Virus record (IMG/VR): IMGVR_UViG_3300021400_000012
Span: 63,575 to 127,574 of that record
Reading direction: 5' to 3' (one strand)
Length of the DNA stretch: 64,000 nucleotides
Origin: a virus
Lineage: Duplodnaviria > Caudoviricetes
A model generated the notes under the pieces. The model was not told the DNA's origin and searched no databases. It saw only the letters and a list, made by a program, of their open reading frames with translations. A program made the position numbers and the translations under genes. Positions 1-13,255 of the stretch are shown here, piece by piece. Every line of letters begins with the position of its first letter. Position 1 is the first letter of the stretch.

Positions 1-1370
1 TTGGTGAAGCAGCGGTTGGTTCAGCATATGTTACTGAAGAAAATAATATTTATGAAGAGTGGATATATGTTAATAATCGATGGGAGATAGTTGGAACTAC
101 TGCAATTAATTTGGATGATTATGTTCCTACTTCGAGAAAGGTTAATGGAAAAGAACTAAGTAATGATATTACTATAGGCGCTGGAGATATTGATCTTGAC
201 ATGTATGGCGATATTATGCCATTAGATGAAGCTATATAGGATCTTGCTGGCAACCTTTCTTCTGTAGCTTGGAGTGGTAGCTATAATGATTTAAGTGATA
301 CTCCACCCTTAGCTCCGGTGGCTCTGAGTGGTAGTTATAATGATTTAAGTGATACTCCAACTTTGGCTTAGTCTAACTGGGAAGAAACGGATGGTACTGA
401 TCTGAGTTATATTGAAAATAAACCACCAGTTGGCAGAGGAATAGGCAATGGTTCGGTATCAATTCCTGATATAATCGATAATAATATATATACTTTATAG
501 GTGACTGGGAATGCTAGTGCTACTGAATATAGTTATACTACCGAAGATACCCTTCCAGCGACTTTTTCAATTAACTATACAGTTTATTATGAGCAAGGAT
601 CATCTTCTTCTTATAAATATGTAAAGATAAAAGAAGTAGATAAAACTAATCATACAATAAAATTTACTCATACTTTAAGTACAAACGCAATTACAAATGC
701 TACGGTCATTATTTACCTATATAAAAATATTATTTCTGGTGTTAGGTCAGTCGCAATTGGAACTTCAAATCTCCTAGCAGCGGCTAATGCATTTGCAGTA
801 GGTCAAGGTAATGAAATTAAATCTTATGCAATTGCAATTGGTTATGGAAATAAAGTAGGAAGTATGTATGGTCTAGCAACTGGGAAAGAAACTGAAGTTG
901 GGGCATATTATGCGACTACCGCAGGATATAATACAATTGCTAATGGTAGATCTCAAGTAACTTTTGGTGAATTTAATATAGCTGATCCATCTTCGGCAGG
1001 TAGCAATACTAAGGGGGCCTATGTAGAAATAGTTGGTAACGGAACGGCCGATGACTCTCGTTCTAATGCCCGTACACTTGATTGGAACGGCAATGAGATA
1101 CTAGCTGGTAAATTAACTGTTGGCGTGGGACCTTCTAGTGATATGGATGTTACTACAAAGTAGTACGTAGATAATGCTATTAGTCAGGTGAGTCCTAGCT
1201 CCTTATATTGGGCAAATATTGCAGTTTCTTCAGATTAGAAATTTAATGCTACGCCAGAAATGGCAAGTTTAAAATTAAACGGCAACACTAATGCCGCGGC
1301 TTCATCGACTATTTTTGTAAATTTTGTATTTGATTCATCTACATAGACATTAAATTTTGTTTTTAACTAA
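1..1370 (+). CDS. Tail fibre/adhesin-like protein, C-terminal part (5' truncated by window), TAG=Gln
   Basis: Frame open from base 3 to TAA 1368-1370 if TAG is read through; motifs YEEWIYVNNRWE, VPTSRKVNGKELSNDIT, YadA-like AxAIG repeats, 'VTTK(TAG)YVD' = TKQYVD. Confidence 0.8.
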
Positions 1371-1382
1371 TAAGGAGGCTAA

Positions 1383-3305
1383 ATGAGTTTATAGGTTTGG
1401 CTTCCATTAAATGGAACTATAAAAAATCAAGGTCTAAGTGATACTGTTACCAGTATATCCGGCGCCGTATCAGCTATTGGAAAAATGGGTACTTGTTATT
1501 CATTTGATGGGCAAGATGATTATATTTCTATTAATAATTCTGATTTATATTCAACCCTTTCTGGCGGCGCTAATAATTTTTCTATGACTTTTTGGATTTA
1601 TCATGCTGACTCCAGTAGAGCTATAATTTTTGGTGATTATTAGTTATCTGGAACTATATCCTTTAATGTAGAATTAACAACTAGTCATACTGTTAGATTT
1701 TATTGGGGAGGTTCTCCTGATAAAACTTTTTCAAATAGTGGTGTGGGACTCAATACATGGACACACATTGCTTTAACTTATAATGGTAGTAAAATTTTAA
1801 TTTATAAAAATGGTGAGTTATTATCTGATTCATATTCTAGTACTTTAAGCAAGAAAAATAAAACGTCTGGTTTATATCGCTTAGGACGAGATAATAGAAC
1901 TGGAACTACTGCTTTTAAAGGACGATTAAATGATTTTCGTATTTACAATCATTGTTTGTCTGCAAAAGAAATAAAAGAAATTTCAAATGGACTTATACTT
2001 CATTTGCCTTTTAAAGACAATGGTATTGTTCCTTTTAACAAAAATTTATTACCAGATTCTAATGTAAATTCTCTTAGTAAATATTTAGGTACACAAGCCC
2101 GGTATTATGAAAATGCAAGCCAAACATCCTATACTAATACGTGGGTTACTATTGAAGATCCGCCTGTACCAGGAATTTTAAATGGTATACAACAAACAGT
2201 AACAGCTTCTGAGGGCTTTCATAGTGTCACATGGTATTCAGGTGGTACCGTTTCAGTATCAGCCGTACCATATACTATGAGTGCTTATATAAAACGTTTA
2301 TCAGGTACAGATTTAGTTGTACAATTTGAGTATGGTAAAAACCCTTATGTATGGAAAAGAATAACGTTGGAAAACGATGATGAATGGCATCAATATAGCT
2401 GGACTTTTATTCCAGACACAGCCTCGGGGAAAGCTGCTGCGAGTGGTACAACACGTATATATTGTGGTGGTTTATATTCAGTGGGAGAAGTTCTAATTTG
2501 TGGCTGGAAGTTAGAAAGAGGGAGTGTTGCAACTCCATGGAATGAGTGTGGCAATACTTTTTATGATTGTTCAGGTTTTCATCATAATGGTATGGGCTTA
2601 GGTGAATTAACAAAAGTAAATTATGATTTTAGATATGGAACTGCTCTTAATTTAAATTCTACAGCCCAACATGTAATGATTCCAGATTTTTCAACTGAAG
2701 GATTTAGTGATTCTTACACTATTTCGTGGTGGGGAAATCGAAATACAAATGAATCAATGTTTTGGGGCTTTGGAGATGGAAATAGATTAAATGGTCTGTA
2801 TAAAGGATATTTATGGAATACTAACGATGGACTAGAAAACATTTTATATTCTCCAGGTACTACCACTCAAGTTACACCTTCAGCAACTAATACTTGGAAT
2901 CATTGGGTTATGACTGGAGATGGAACCACTTGTAAAGTATATAAAGATGGCGAATTATGGGGCGTTGCAAAAACATATAAGCCTATTAATGGATCTTTAC
3001 TTTTTATTAATGGATATAATAATTTGTCTAGTTATACGGCATCAAGTTTATAGATAAGTGACTTTCGTATTTATGCAACCGCATTATCTGCAGAAGAAAT
3101 AAAAGAGCTTTATAATACTTCAGCTGCAATTGATAACAAAGGTAATGGTTACGCTAGAGAAGAAATTGAAGATACGGATATATTATCTATAAATAGAAAA
3201 GGTCAATTTATAAATAATAAAGTGGTTGAAAGTGATAATAATACTACTGCTTATTTGGGCAAGATAGATAAATCATTAAATGTAAATACATTTTATGAGT
3301 ATTAA
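1383..3305 (+). CDS. LamG/ConA-like lectin domain virion protein
   Basis: SD AAGGAGG; starts MSL(TAG)VWLPLNG; [10 protein letters not shown]...LNDFRIY and second ISDFRIY LamG signatures; ends TAA. Confidence 0.8.
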
Positions 3306-3318
3306 TGAAGGAGTTGAA

Positions 3319-3879
3319 ATGGCATAGTTAAAAGATTTAATTGTAAATGGCGCAACTTAGTTACTAGGTGACGTCATTACTAATAATTTGAAAGTTATTA
3401 CAGTGGTCGCGCCAGACTCCTCAGGAAGTAGTGTTTATGGTAAAGGTATAGATGGCTAGGTTTTAAAAACAAACGGTAATTCTGTTTATTGGGGAGAAGG
3501 GTCGCTAGGAGCTTTTATAGCAGAATATGGCACGACCACGAATCAAGAAATAGAAACAGCAATTTCTAGTGGAAAAACAGTTTTTTGTCATTTATTAGAT
3601 AATGGAATAAATTTTTATTTACCATTAGCAAGGAAAAATAGTGCTACTGATCATCGTTTTGGTGGAATATATGCTCAAGATGACATATATCTAATTGGAA
3701 GTTCGTGTGTAAATAATTCTTGGACTTTTTAGAATAGTACGCAAGCTTAGGCTGACTGGAATGCGACAAGTGGCGCTAGTGAAATTTTACATAAACCAAC
3801 ATAGGTTAGCTCATTTACAAATGATGCTGGTTATTTAACGCTAGCTACATTACCAATTTATGATGGAACAGTAATTTAA
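3319..3879 (+). CDS. Virion structural protein (absent from standard ORF track)
   Basis: SD AAGGAG; MA(TAG)LKDLIVNGAT(TAG)LLG; (TAG)ADWNATSG motif; open to TAA only with TAG readthrough. Confidence 0.75.
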
Positions 3880-3889
3880 GGAGGAACCA

Positions 3890-4708
3890 ATGCCAACTAA
3901 TGTAACATATAAAGGTTCTTCTATCGCATCTTTCGCAGATACAACCAAAACATTAAAAACCGCTGGAAAATACATGGAAGATGATGTAACTATTATAGAC
4001 ACTATACCAAGTATTGTATTAACTGAAGAGCATTTACAGCCCGGCGGCGGTTATAGTATTGATTTAACAACTTTAGGCACTACACCTCCAAGTATTGTTG
4101 ATACACTTGATATAAATGGTGGTACCATTCGTACTATCACTACAGATATAGAGGTTAATTTATAGTCAAAAAATGCGACTCCCTCCTCTGTACAATAGAC
4201 TATAACTTGTGATAGTAGTTATGATGGATTGTCTGAAGTCTTAGTGAGTGCGATTCCTTCAGAATATATCATTCCTGCAGGAATATTAAGTATTACAGAA
4301 AATGGTAGTGCTATTGATGTTGCACAATATTCTGCTGTAAACGTAAATGTATTCGGCGGAGATGTTTACTAGGATGAGGCTGGTTTTATTATTTTTGCAG
4401 AAGAAGGAGAGGAAAGTTTAGATATGAATGTAGAAGTTACTGTTTCGTCTGATGGAAACGTCGCTTATTCTTTAGACGCCGGAAAATTATACCATTTTAC
4501 TGGTAATTTAACAAATTTAACATTAACTTTAAATGAAACATCTAGATTGAAACATTATCATTTTGATTTTTTTAGTGGTTCTACCGCGCCGTCTGTTAGT
4601 TTACCGTCAAATATCATTCTCCCTCAAGATTTTGCTATATTATCAAATAAACGTTATGAACTTGATATTTTAAATAATTATGGGACGGTAGGTGTATGGG
4701 CGAATTAA
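3890..4708 (+). CDS. Tail fibre-associated repeat protein
   Basis: Joins track ORFs 3890-4165 and 4424-4708 in one frame via TAGs; L(TAG)SKNATPSSVQ(TAG)TITCDSSYDGLS repeat. Confidence 0.75.
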
Positions 4709-5139
4709 TTATTAGACGAACTTTACTAAATTATGAAACACGCTTGGATAAATTAAAATTTTGCTAGGGATACACGACAGATTTTACAACAAGTAACTAT
4801 CCATAGCCTTTTCGAATTAAGTAGGTAAGCACTGCTAGAACAGTTATTGGTTATACAGATGGAAACATAACCATACCGGTTGTATCAGGTACAAATCCAA
4901 ATGTTTATCCAATTCCACTACAAAGCACTTCAAAAATAACGGTGACAGCTAACGTATCTTTTGAGCTAGACGTTATGAAAATTACTGACGGTGTTTGGAA
5001 AGTTTATTAGGGATGGTGGTGGTTAACTTCTGGTTCTTCAGTAAATGTAAGTGATTATACTAATTAGGATTATTATTTTATTATTTTGGTGTAGAATAGA
5101 AGTGCTACTAAAGATAATGTAACTATTATACTAGAATAA
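4696..5139 (+). CDS. Hypothetical protein (6 in-frame TAG)
   Basis: SD AGGTG; 147 codons with no TAA/TGA; fills the gap between neighbours. Confidence 0.65.
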
Positions 5140-5155
5140 TGTAAATGAGGTATAA

Positions 5156-6730
5156 ATGGCTGACACTATAAAATTCTTTGGCAAAGAATACACAAATACT
5201 GTTGGGGTTAAATTTCCTAACGGGCAAGGAGATTTATTAACATTTATACGACCCCAAGGCACAAAACTTATTACAGAAAATGGAACTGGAATTGATGTAG
5301 CCTCTTATGCCGCAGTTGACGTTAATGTATCGGGTGGCTCTGGAGGTGGGGTTTATTAGTCAAAGACAATAAATCCGTCTGAATCACAATAGAATGTAGT
5401 TCCTGATAGTGGATATGATGCACTTTCAAGTGTCACGGTGACTGCAATAGCATCTGATTATATTGGTTCTGCTATTCCGACTAGATCTAGCGCAGATTTG
5501 AGTGTGTCTGGCGCGAATGTCACTGTTCCTAGTGGTTTTTATAGCGCGCAAGTATCTGCGGCAGTTGCTAATGGAACGGAAGGCACCCCAATTGCGACGA
5601 AGGGAACTGTTAGTAATAATTCAATTACAGTTACCCCGTCGGTCACGAACACCGCCGGTTATATTGCAGGCGGCACGAAGAGTGGAACTGGGATAAATAT
5701 TACGGCTTCAGAGCTGGTTAGTGGTACAAAGAGTATTACAGAAAATGGTACAGGAATAGATGTAACTAATTATGCATCGGTAGATGTAAATGTTAGTCCA
5801 AAACGTACTGCAACTATAACGGCAGCAGGCAAGCATGATGAGCGTGGTGATTTATATTCAGAGATTAGTTATGATGGTACAAATTATTATAGTCTAAATA
5901 GTACTTTTTAGTTTAGCCCAGGTGATACTGCAACTATCCATGTTCGTTTATATAATTCTGGCTCAATTATTATTGATATTGATGGTAATACAGTAGTAAA
6001 TACTACTGCATAGTCGTATTCATATTCTTATATCTTACCAAATAATGATATTAATATTGAATTAGAAAATAACAATGCATCAAATCATATTTATATAATG
6101 AATAGCGCGATGACGCCATTGACCATAACTCAAAATGGCACATACGTGGCGCCATCTGGAACTGGATATACACCTGTTACAGTTAATGTTTCCACACCAA
6201 CACCTTCTTATCAATCTAAGGCGGCGACACCTTCAGAGACTGCACAGACAATTACTCCAGATACTGGATATGATGCTCTTAGTCAAGTATCTATTAGTGC
6301 TGTTAGTTCGACTTATGTAGGCTCAGGCATTACGCGACGCAGTTCAACTGATTTAACTGCATCTACCTCTACAATTACGGCGCCGGCCGGTTATTATGCC
6401 TCGGCCGCCAGCAAAACCGTATCTGCGGGCACAGCAGGCACGCCTACTGCAACGAAAGGCACGGTTTCTAACCACTCTATTAGCGTAACGCCTTCTGTTA
6501 CTAATACAACCGGTTGGATTACAGGTTCTACAAAATCTGGAACGGCAGTAACTGTATCTGCAAGTGAGTTAGTTTCTGGCAGTGAAACAAAGACTTCAAA
6601 TGGAACATATGATGTTACTAATTTAGCTAGCTTATAGGTTGCAATTCCTATTGTAACTTATTATACTGGATCTTCCGCACCATCTTCTAGTTTAGGTTAG
6701 AATGGTGATATTTATTTACAGACATCATAA
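5156..6730 (+). CDS. Thr/Ser-rich tail fibre-like protein with internal duplication
   Basis: Joins three track ORFs in one frame; GTPxATKGTVSNxSIxVTPSVTNT...ASELVSG occurs twice; ends GSSAPSSSLG(TAG)NGDIYLQ. Confidence 0.8.
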
Positions 6731-6739
6731 GGAGGTATA

Positions 6740-8080
6740 ATGGGCACAATAACAAAGCAAGAAACACTTTCAGCTCATCCAACTTCTTATGATACCACAC
6801 ATCACAGTTATGCGTCTATTAGTACATAGTATCCTATAACAAACGCATACACGGATTCAAGTTCCACTTCCTATGCACAAGTTTCCTGGAAAACTGGGAG
6901 TAATGCTGAAACTTATGTATATTTGAAGTTTGACTTTAGTGATATTCCTGCAAATGCCACTATTAAAACTGTAACGGCTAAAGCAAAGGGCTACGTTAAT
7001 ACAACAAACTCTTCTAGAGTAACATCGAGGCAGATGCAACTTGCTACAGGAACAACACTCAAAGGTAGCGCCCTTACATTGTCTACGTCTACTTCAGAGC
7101 AGACGTTTTCAAATGTTGGAACGTGGACAAGAAATGAGCTCCTTAATGCAGGAATTAGATACTATGTAAAGCGAGGCACGTCTAACACATCTTCTACTTA
7201 TTATATTCGTATGTACGGTGCGACTATGTCTGTTACATACGAATGGGAAGAGACGACTTACACAATAACAGTTAACAATTCTACTAGCGTAAACGTTGTT
7301 GCGGATCCAAACGAGGTAGTATCAGGCGAGTCTAGCGAAATAAAAGCTGATGATATTTCTGGGATTACTATAAAAGATAATGGAGTAGATGTAACTAGCC
7401 AGTTTGTGCAAAAGCAAGAATCTGGGAGTTATGAAATAGATAACGTTGGCACCTATGGCTTTGCGTTAAATAGTAATAATTATTATGAAAGTCAAAACAA
7501 GGGGGTGAACCAATCTGCAGCAGTATGCAGAATTAACTTCTCACTTCCAGTATCTGCCACAATTACATTTACTTTTATTAACTATGCTGAAAGCGGATAT
7601 GATTTTGGTGTGTTTGGAAATATCGATACGGCATTAAACACAGATTATTATTCTGCAGGAAGCGACGGCGCCACAATCACCGACTCAAGTTACAAATTAG
7701 CCTGTAACACTAGTACTTATAATACCTCGTCCACGCATACACTTACGTATTCAATGTCGGCTGGCGACCATTATATTGATGTAAAATATTCAAAAGATGA
7801 TGCCAGTGCTGCTAACAACGATACTTTGCAGTTTAGAGTTGCAATCGCCCTGGATAGCGTTCCTCCAGTATATTATGGGTATACTATTTCAAACGTTCAA
7901 GGTGATCACACAATTTTAGTTGTAATGGCTGTCACGGATAAACTATTTGTGAAACCAAGCAATTCATGGATTCAAACGGTAAAAGCTTATACAAAAATTA
8001 ATGATTCATGGGTTGAACAGTCAGATTTGACAACTGTATTTAATTCTAGTACAAATTATGTATATGGAGGTAACGTCTAA
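6740..8080 (+). CDS. Virion structural/adhesin protein
   Basis: SD AAGGAGG; ATG 6740 is in frame with track ORF 6923-8080 through one TAG. Confidence 0.75.
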
Positions 8081-9603
8081 TGGCAATTTCAAAATTTACA
8101 GTTGATGGCGTTACTTAGATTGATTTAACTTAGGATACGATTGTTCCAGAACATTTATATGTTAATGAAACAGCTTTAAGTGCGGCCGGCGATAGTATTG
8201 AAGGAGCTGCATAGGCAGATAATGAAGATGCTTTTTTAGAGCGGTCACTGAGTGGTATATATTATAATCCTGACATTACTACAATCGGGGCCACAGCATT
8301 TCGTTGGATGCCAAATATTACAAAAATAAATGTACCAAACGTGATAAAAATTGGAGATGAAAGTGTTTATAATTTAGTTGGATTAGAAGAAATTACCACA
8401 GGTCAATTAACATCTTTAGGAACAAAAGCTTTTATGGGGTGCAGTTCTTTAAAAGTTCCTCCTGATATATCAAGATTGGTTACGTTACCTTCATATGCTT
8501 TTAATGGCTGCGCCGCGCTTGAATCGATTGATTTAACAAATAAAGAGGCTGTTGGTTCATATACTTTTTAGAATTGCTCTAGCTTAAAATAGGTTTCTTT
8601 GCCAAACTTAATTTATTAGGCAGATGCTACCGATACTTTTTAGAATTGTACTGCTTTAGAATCAGTTTATATGCCAAAGTGCCAAGGATTTGGTGGTACT
8701 AATGTATTTATGGGATGTACTTCTTTAAAGGGAATTGTTTTACCTAATCTTGGTGGGCATAATGGAGCAGCCGCGACTTTTAATATTTACTAGTCATGGT
8801 TTAATAATGATAAAAATTTAGAATATGTAGATGTTCGTACTCCTCCTTCGATTGCGACTCAAGCTTTTATTGATTGTTCAAAATTAACAACCTTAATTAT
8901 TCGTGGTGAAAGAGTAACTAGTTTAGCTAATATTGCGGCATTTACTAGAACTCCTTTTGCTTCTGGGCAGACTGGTGGAACTTTATACGTTCCTCAAGAT
9001 ATGATTGAATCGTATTAGTCAGCGACAAACTGGTCTACAATTTTAAATTATGAAAATAATCAAATTCTTCCGATAGAAGGCTCTCAATATGAACACTACT
9101 ATGCTGATGGAACTTTAATTCCTACCGATGGTTGGGATCTTGCAGCCAATGGTGTTCTTAATTTGGCAAATGCCACTCGAACCAATGGTATAATTATTAT
9201 GAACCCTACCTCATTGAGTTGGGGCTTTTAGGCCAGATTAAATTATTTATTTTATACTTGGGGAGAAATAAAAACCAATTATAAAGTTCGAGTTAGTTTT
9301 GATTATGCTATCACTAATTGTGTAACTGATGGAGCTTTAGCGGTTGCACCAGAATTGGTTGCATCTAGAACTCCTGGTGGTGCAAGTAGGCTTAATTATG
9401 ATGGTTTAAGTAGCATATTTGGTAATGGTAGTGGGCACTATGAGTAGATTCAAGATCCCATTACTATGCAATACGGAGATGGAGCATTTCCAGATACAGC
9501 TTTTTATGGTTTGTGTTTATATGCTCATACCGGTAAGGGGTCTCACGTAGAAATTAGTAATCTGATTTTTGAGGTAGCACCTAGCGAGGCGGTGGAAGAA
9601 TGA
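8080..9603 (+). CDS. BspA-type leucine-rich repeat protein 1
   Basis: TAATG coupling; AFxGCxxL / F(TAG)NCTAL LRR_5 repeats; GTLYVP...Y(TAG)SATNW cap; ends TGA. Confidence 0.8.
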
Positions 9604-11180
9604 GCGTAGCAAAATTATAGTGGAATGGAAAAACAATAGTTGATTTAACTGATAAAACTGTTAACGCGTCTAATTTACATGAAGGATATACTGCGAAAGA
9701 TAATTCAGGAGATCAAATTATAGGCGATGCAACCGCTTCTCATTCGGTTGAAAATCAATTGGTTGAAAGAACCTTAAGTGGTACTTATACAAATACGCGA
9801 ATAACAAGTTTAGGCAATAATTTTGCTTTAGCACGTTTAACTAATTTAACAGAGGTAAATTTACCTAATGTAACTAACCTGCATGGTTATGATTTTGATG
9901 CAAGTGGAATTGTAACAATTCATTTGCCTAAAATTACCACAATTTCTTCATATAGTTTTCGAAAATGTAATAAATTAAAAACAATTGATTGCCCAAATGT
10001 AACCCTTGTAAAAGAGGGAGCGTTTTAGGATTGCACTAGCTTAACAGCAATTACAAGTGAAAATTTCCCTGCAGTTACAACTATTGGAACTAAGGGTTTT
10101 TAGGGTTGCACAAATATTACTGAAATAAATTTGCCAAATTTAACAAATTTAGGTGAAGCTGGTGCGGTTGGATCTAATGCTTTTTATGGATGTACAAAAT
10201 TAACGAAAGTAAATTTACCAAATCTTATTAATGTTGGTACTGGTGGACATTAGTTTCATAGTTGTACATCACTACTTTCAATCCATCTGACAAAAGTTGG
10301 AACTGGAACTTGCATGTTTTAGAGTTGTACAAGTTTATTGACTGCTGTCATTGAAAACGGCACCGTTTTAAACGGACAAACTTTTAGAGAAGATGCAAAA
10401 TTAATTACTCTTGATACTAATTAGACCAAAACAGGAATTTGGGAATTTAGAAATTGCAGCGCTTTAAGCAATATAATTTTACGGCATACCGCGATTATGA
10501 CACTCACTTATGGTATTACTGCGAATAATGACTCTTTTTATGGAACCAATTTTTTAAGTGGAGGAACAGGTGGTTCTATTTATGTTCCAGCTAATTTATT
10601 AGAAAATTATAAGGCGGCAACAAATTGGGCTACTTTAAATAGTTATGGTACAGTAGCGTGGAAAACCATTGAAGGTTCTCCTTATGAACATTATTGGGGA
10701 GATGGTGTACCAATGGATGGTTACTAGCCTATTAATCATATGTTGACCAATAGCACTTTTACTGGAACAGGGGTTACGTGTGTAACAAATCAGGCCAATC
10801 ACGTAAAAGTCACTCTATCTGATGCAACTGCTCCAGTAATTATAAATCTAACTACAAAAGAGATAGGAGGCGCTTCAGTGGTCAATAATCTAGCAACAAG
10901 TTTATTCACAATTCCTGCATCAACACAATGCAAACTTTGGCTTACTAATATTAAAAACGCAGCAGGTTCTGATTTTGCAATAAATTTTAGAAAAACTGGA
11001 CAAGCGACTTCTGCTAGTTTTGGTACTGGTAATGGAACACACACTGGAGATTTAACCATTACATAGACGCTATCTTCTGCTGAAGATGTAAGTTGTTTAT
11101 TTGTGTATATTAACACACCAGTTAATGGGACAATTGAATTTGATGTGGCTTTTGGCGTAGGTAATAATAGATATATTTGA
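9600..11180 (+). CDS. BspA-type leucine-rich repeat protein 2
   Basis: ATGA overlap; joins track ORFs 9759, 10497 and 10740; LPNVT/F(TAG)GCT repeats; IYVP...YKAATNW cap. Confidence 0.8.
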
Positions 11181-11187
11181 GGTGTGA

Positions 11188-12492
11188 ATGGCAGTAGCAA
11201 AAATAAATTTAAATGGTAATACATGGATTGATCTGACAAATGATACAGTCGCCGCGAACAACCTGGCAACTGGCAAAACTGCACATGGCGCGGATGGAGA
11301 GGCTATAGTCGGGGAAGCAGGAATAGCAGCAAAAGAAAAACAAATTAATTTTATTGATTACGATGGAAAAATACTGTATTCGTATACGGCAGAAGAATGG
11401 GCGAGTGTTACCGCTCTCCCAGCAAATCCGTCTCATACTGGTTTAACCGCTCAGGGTTGGAATTGGACAAAATTTCAAATTGATGCACAACTAAGCGATG
11501 TTGGTGATAGTATAATTGTAGGGCAGATGTATCTTACAGAAAGTCAAAATACAGAAATCGACATTGAATTACAGAAGTATCGACTTTCCCCATATTTGGG
11601 GATAGCGGTTAATGGCATCGTTGAAGTTGATTGGGGAGACAACTCGTCGCCGAGTACTATAATGGGCACTTCGCTAACTAATCCGGTTTTAACAAAACAT
11701 CAATATCAATCAGCGGGAAAATACACAATCATTATTAGTGTGGTGTCTGGAGATTTTGCATTTAATGGGAATAATGGGTTTATAACAGTATTATCTACTG
11801 GTGTATCCAATGCTAATGGAAACTATGTTTATGCGAATTGCATAACTTCAATAAGGTTGGGGACAGGTGCCAAAATTGGTGATTATGCATTTACTAGATG
11901 TTGCCAACTTGTATCTATTACAATTCCCAGTAGTGTAACGAGTATTGGTGAGCACGCATTTTCGTATTGCTACAGTCTTGCTTTTGCCACAGTACCAAGT
12001 GGTATAGCAACTCTTCCTGATGCTGTATTTATGCTTTGCAATAGTCTTTTTTACGTATCCATACCGAGCAGTTTAACAAGTATTAGTTATAATATGGTTA
12101 ATAGCTGTAGCAGTCTTAGACTTATTACTATTCCAAGCGGTGTGACAAGCTTTGGTGGTGGTTCTTTCAACAGCTGCTACAGTATTTCTTCTATTATAAT
12201 ACCAGAGGGCGTAACTGCTATTCCAGATAATGGACTTATGGGTCTTTATGGTCTTGGTTTACTTATAATATCAAGTACTGTATCCAGCATTGGAACCTAC
12301 GCGTTCCGATATGCTTACGGACTCAGGAAAATGCGTTTTGAGTCGGTAACGCCACCGACGATAGCAAACAAAAACGCTGTGGCGCAAATTCCGACTGACT
12401 GCATTATCAGTGTGCCAGTCGGATCATTAACTGCATATACTACTGCAACGAACTATCCATCAAGTGCAACGTATACTTATATTGAGGAGTGA
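11188..12492 (+). CDS. BspA-type leucine-rich repeat protein 3 (PKD-like VDWGD + LRR)
   Basis: ITIPSSVTSIGEHAFSYCYSL repeats; no TAG codons. Confidence 0.85.
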   Translation: MAVAKINLNGNTWIDLTNDTVAANNLATGKTAHGADGEAIVGEAGIAAKEKQINFIDYDGKILYSYTAEEWASVTALPANPSHTGLTAQGWNWTKFQIDAQLSDVGDSIIVGQMYLTESQNTEIDIELQKYRLSPYLGIAVNGIVEVDWGDNSSPSTIMGTSLTNPVLTKHQYQSAGKYTIIISVVSGDFAFNGNNGFITVLSTGVSNANGNYVYANCITSIRLGTGAKIGDYAFTRCCQLVSITIPSSVTSIGEHAFSYCYSLAFATVPSGIATLPDAVFMLCNSLFYVSIPSSLTSISYNMVNSCSSLRLITIPSGVTSFGGGSFNSCYSISSIIIPEGVTAIPDNGLMGLYGLGLLIISSTVSSIGTYAFRYAYGLRKMRFESVTPPTIANKNAVAQIPTDCIISVPVGSLTAYTTATNYPSSATYTYIEE

Positions 12493-12495
12493 AAA

Positions 12496-12741
12496 ATGAT
12501 AGTTACAGAACAGTTTACTGAGGGCGGAATGACCCTTATCCGCACGTATTCTGATAGAGGTGTGAAAATCCACGGCGGATTTCCTGAGGGCGATTACGAT
12601 GAAGCGGTCGATCCAGCGGAGTTCGGCAGGACGTACACGGAGACGAATATCCCGATTGAGGAAACTGAAGCCTCCGAAGAAATTCCAAGCGAAAATACAA
12701 ACGCAGAAGAAATTCTCAACATTCTCTTGGGAGGTGAATAA
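12496..12741 (+). CDS. Small tail-fibre-associated protein
   Basis: SD GAGGAG; LIRTYSD...YDEAVDP...RTYTET pattern seen after phage fibre genes. Confidence 0.65.
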   Translation: MIVTEQFTEGGMTLIRTYSDRGVKIHGGFPEGDYDEAVDPAEFGRTYTETNIPIEETEASEEIPSENTNAEEILNILLGGE

Positions 12742-13199
12742 TGACAATTCAAGAACTACTAGCCTTACCGCGAGAAGAACAATTAAGTTTTGTTCGACGT
12801 CTGCGCGCTTTAATTGAAAAAGCTTCTGCATTTCTCTCTGATGAAGACGCATTAAACGGAATTGAGCTTTTCGCTCCATGGAAAGAAAATACATGGTACA
12901 ATCTAGATGACCGAATTTGTCACGAAGAAAAACTTTATCGCGTACGACAGGGACACACCTCTTCCGCGCTAAATCCACCTGGTTCAGAAGGCACTCAAGC
13001 TCTCTACGCAGAAGTAGCAGCGCCAGGCCAGGGAGAAACGCCAAATAACCCAATTGAATACAATAATAACATGGCGCTTGAGGAAGGCAAATATTATACG
13101 CAAAACAATGTTATTTATATTTGTATTCGTGACACAATCAATCCAGTCTATAACAACCTTGCAGACTTAGTTGGTTTATATGTAAATATATATGAATAA
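12741..13199 (+). CDS. Carbohydrate-binding (CBM5/12-like) protein
   Basis: WKENTWYNLDDRI...LYRVRQGHTS and LEEGKYYTQNNVIYICIRD. Confidence 0.65.
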   Translation: MTIQELLALPREEQLSFVRRLRALIEKASAFLSDEDALNGIELFAPWKENTWYNLDDRICHEEKLYRVRQGHTSSALNPPGSEGTQALYAEVAAPGQGETPNNPIEYNNNMALEEGKYYTQNNVIYICIRDTINPVYNNLADLVGLYVNIYE

Positions 13200-13255
13200 C
13201 CACTTTTTTAAAATTTTTACAGAAAAAATCTACTAAAAAAGTAGAGGTAAAAAGA

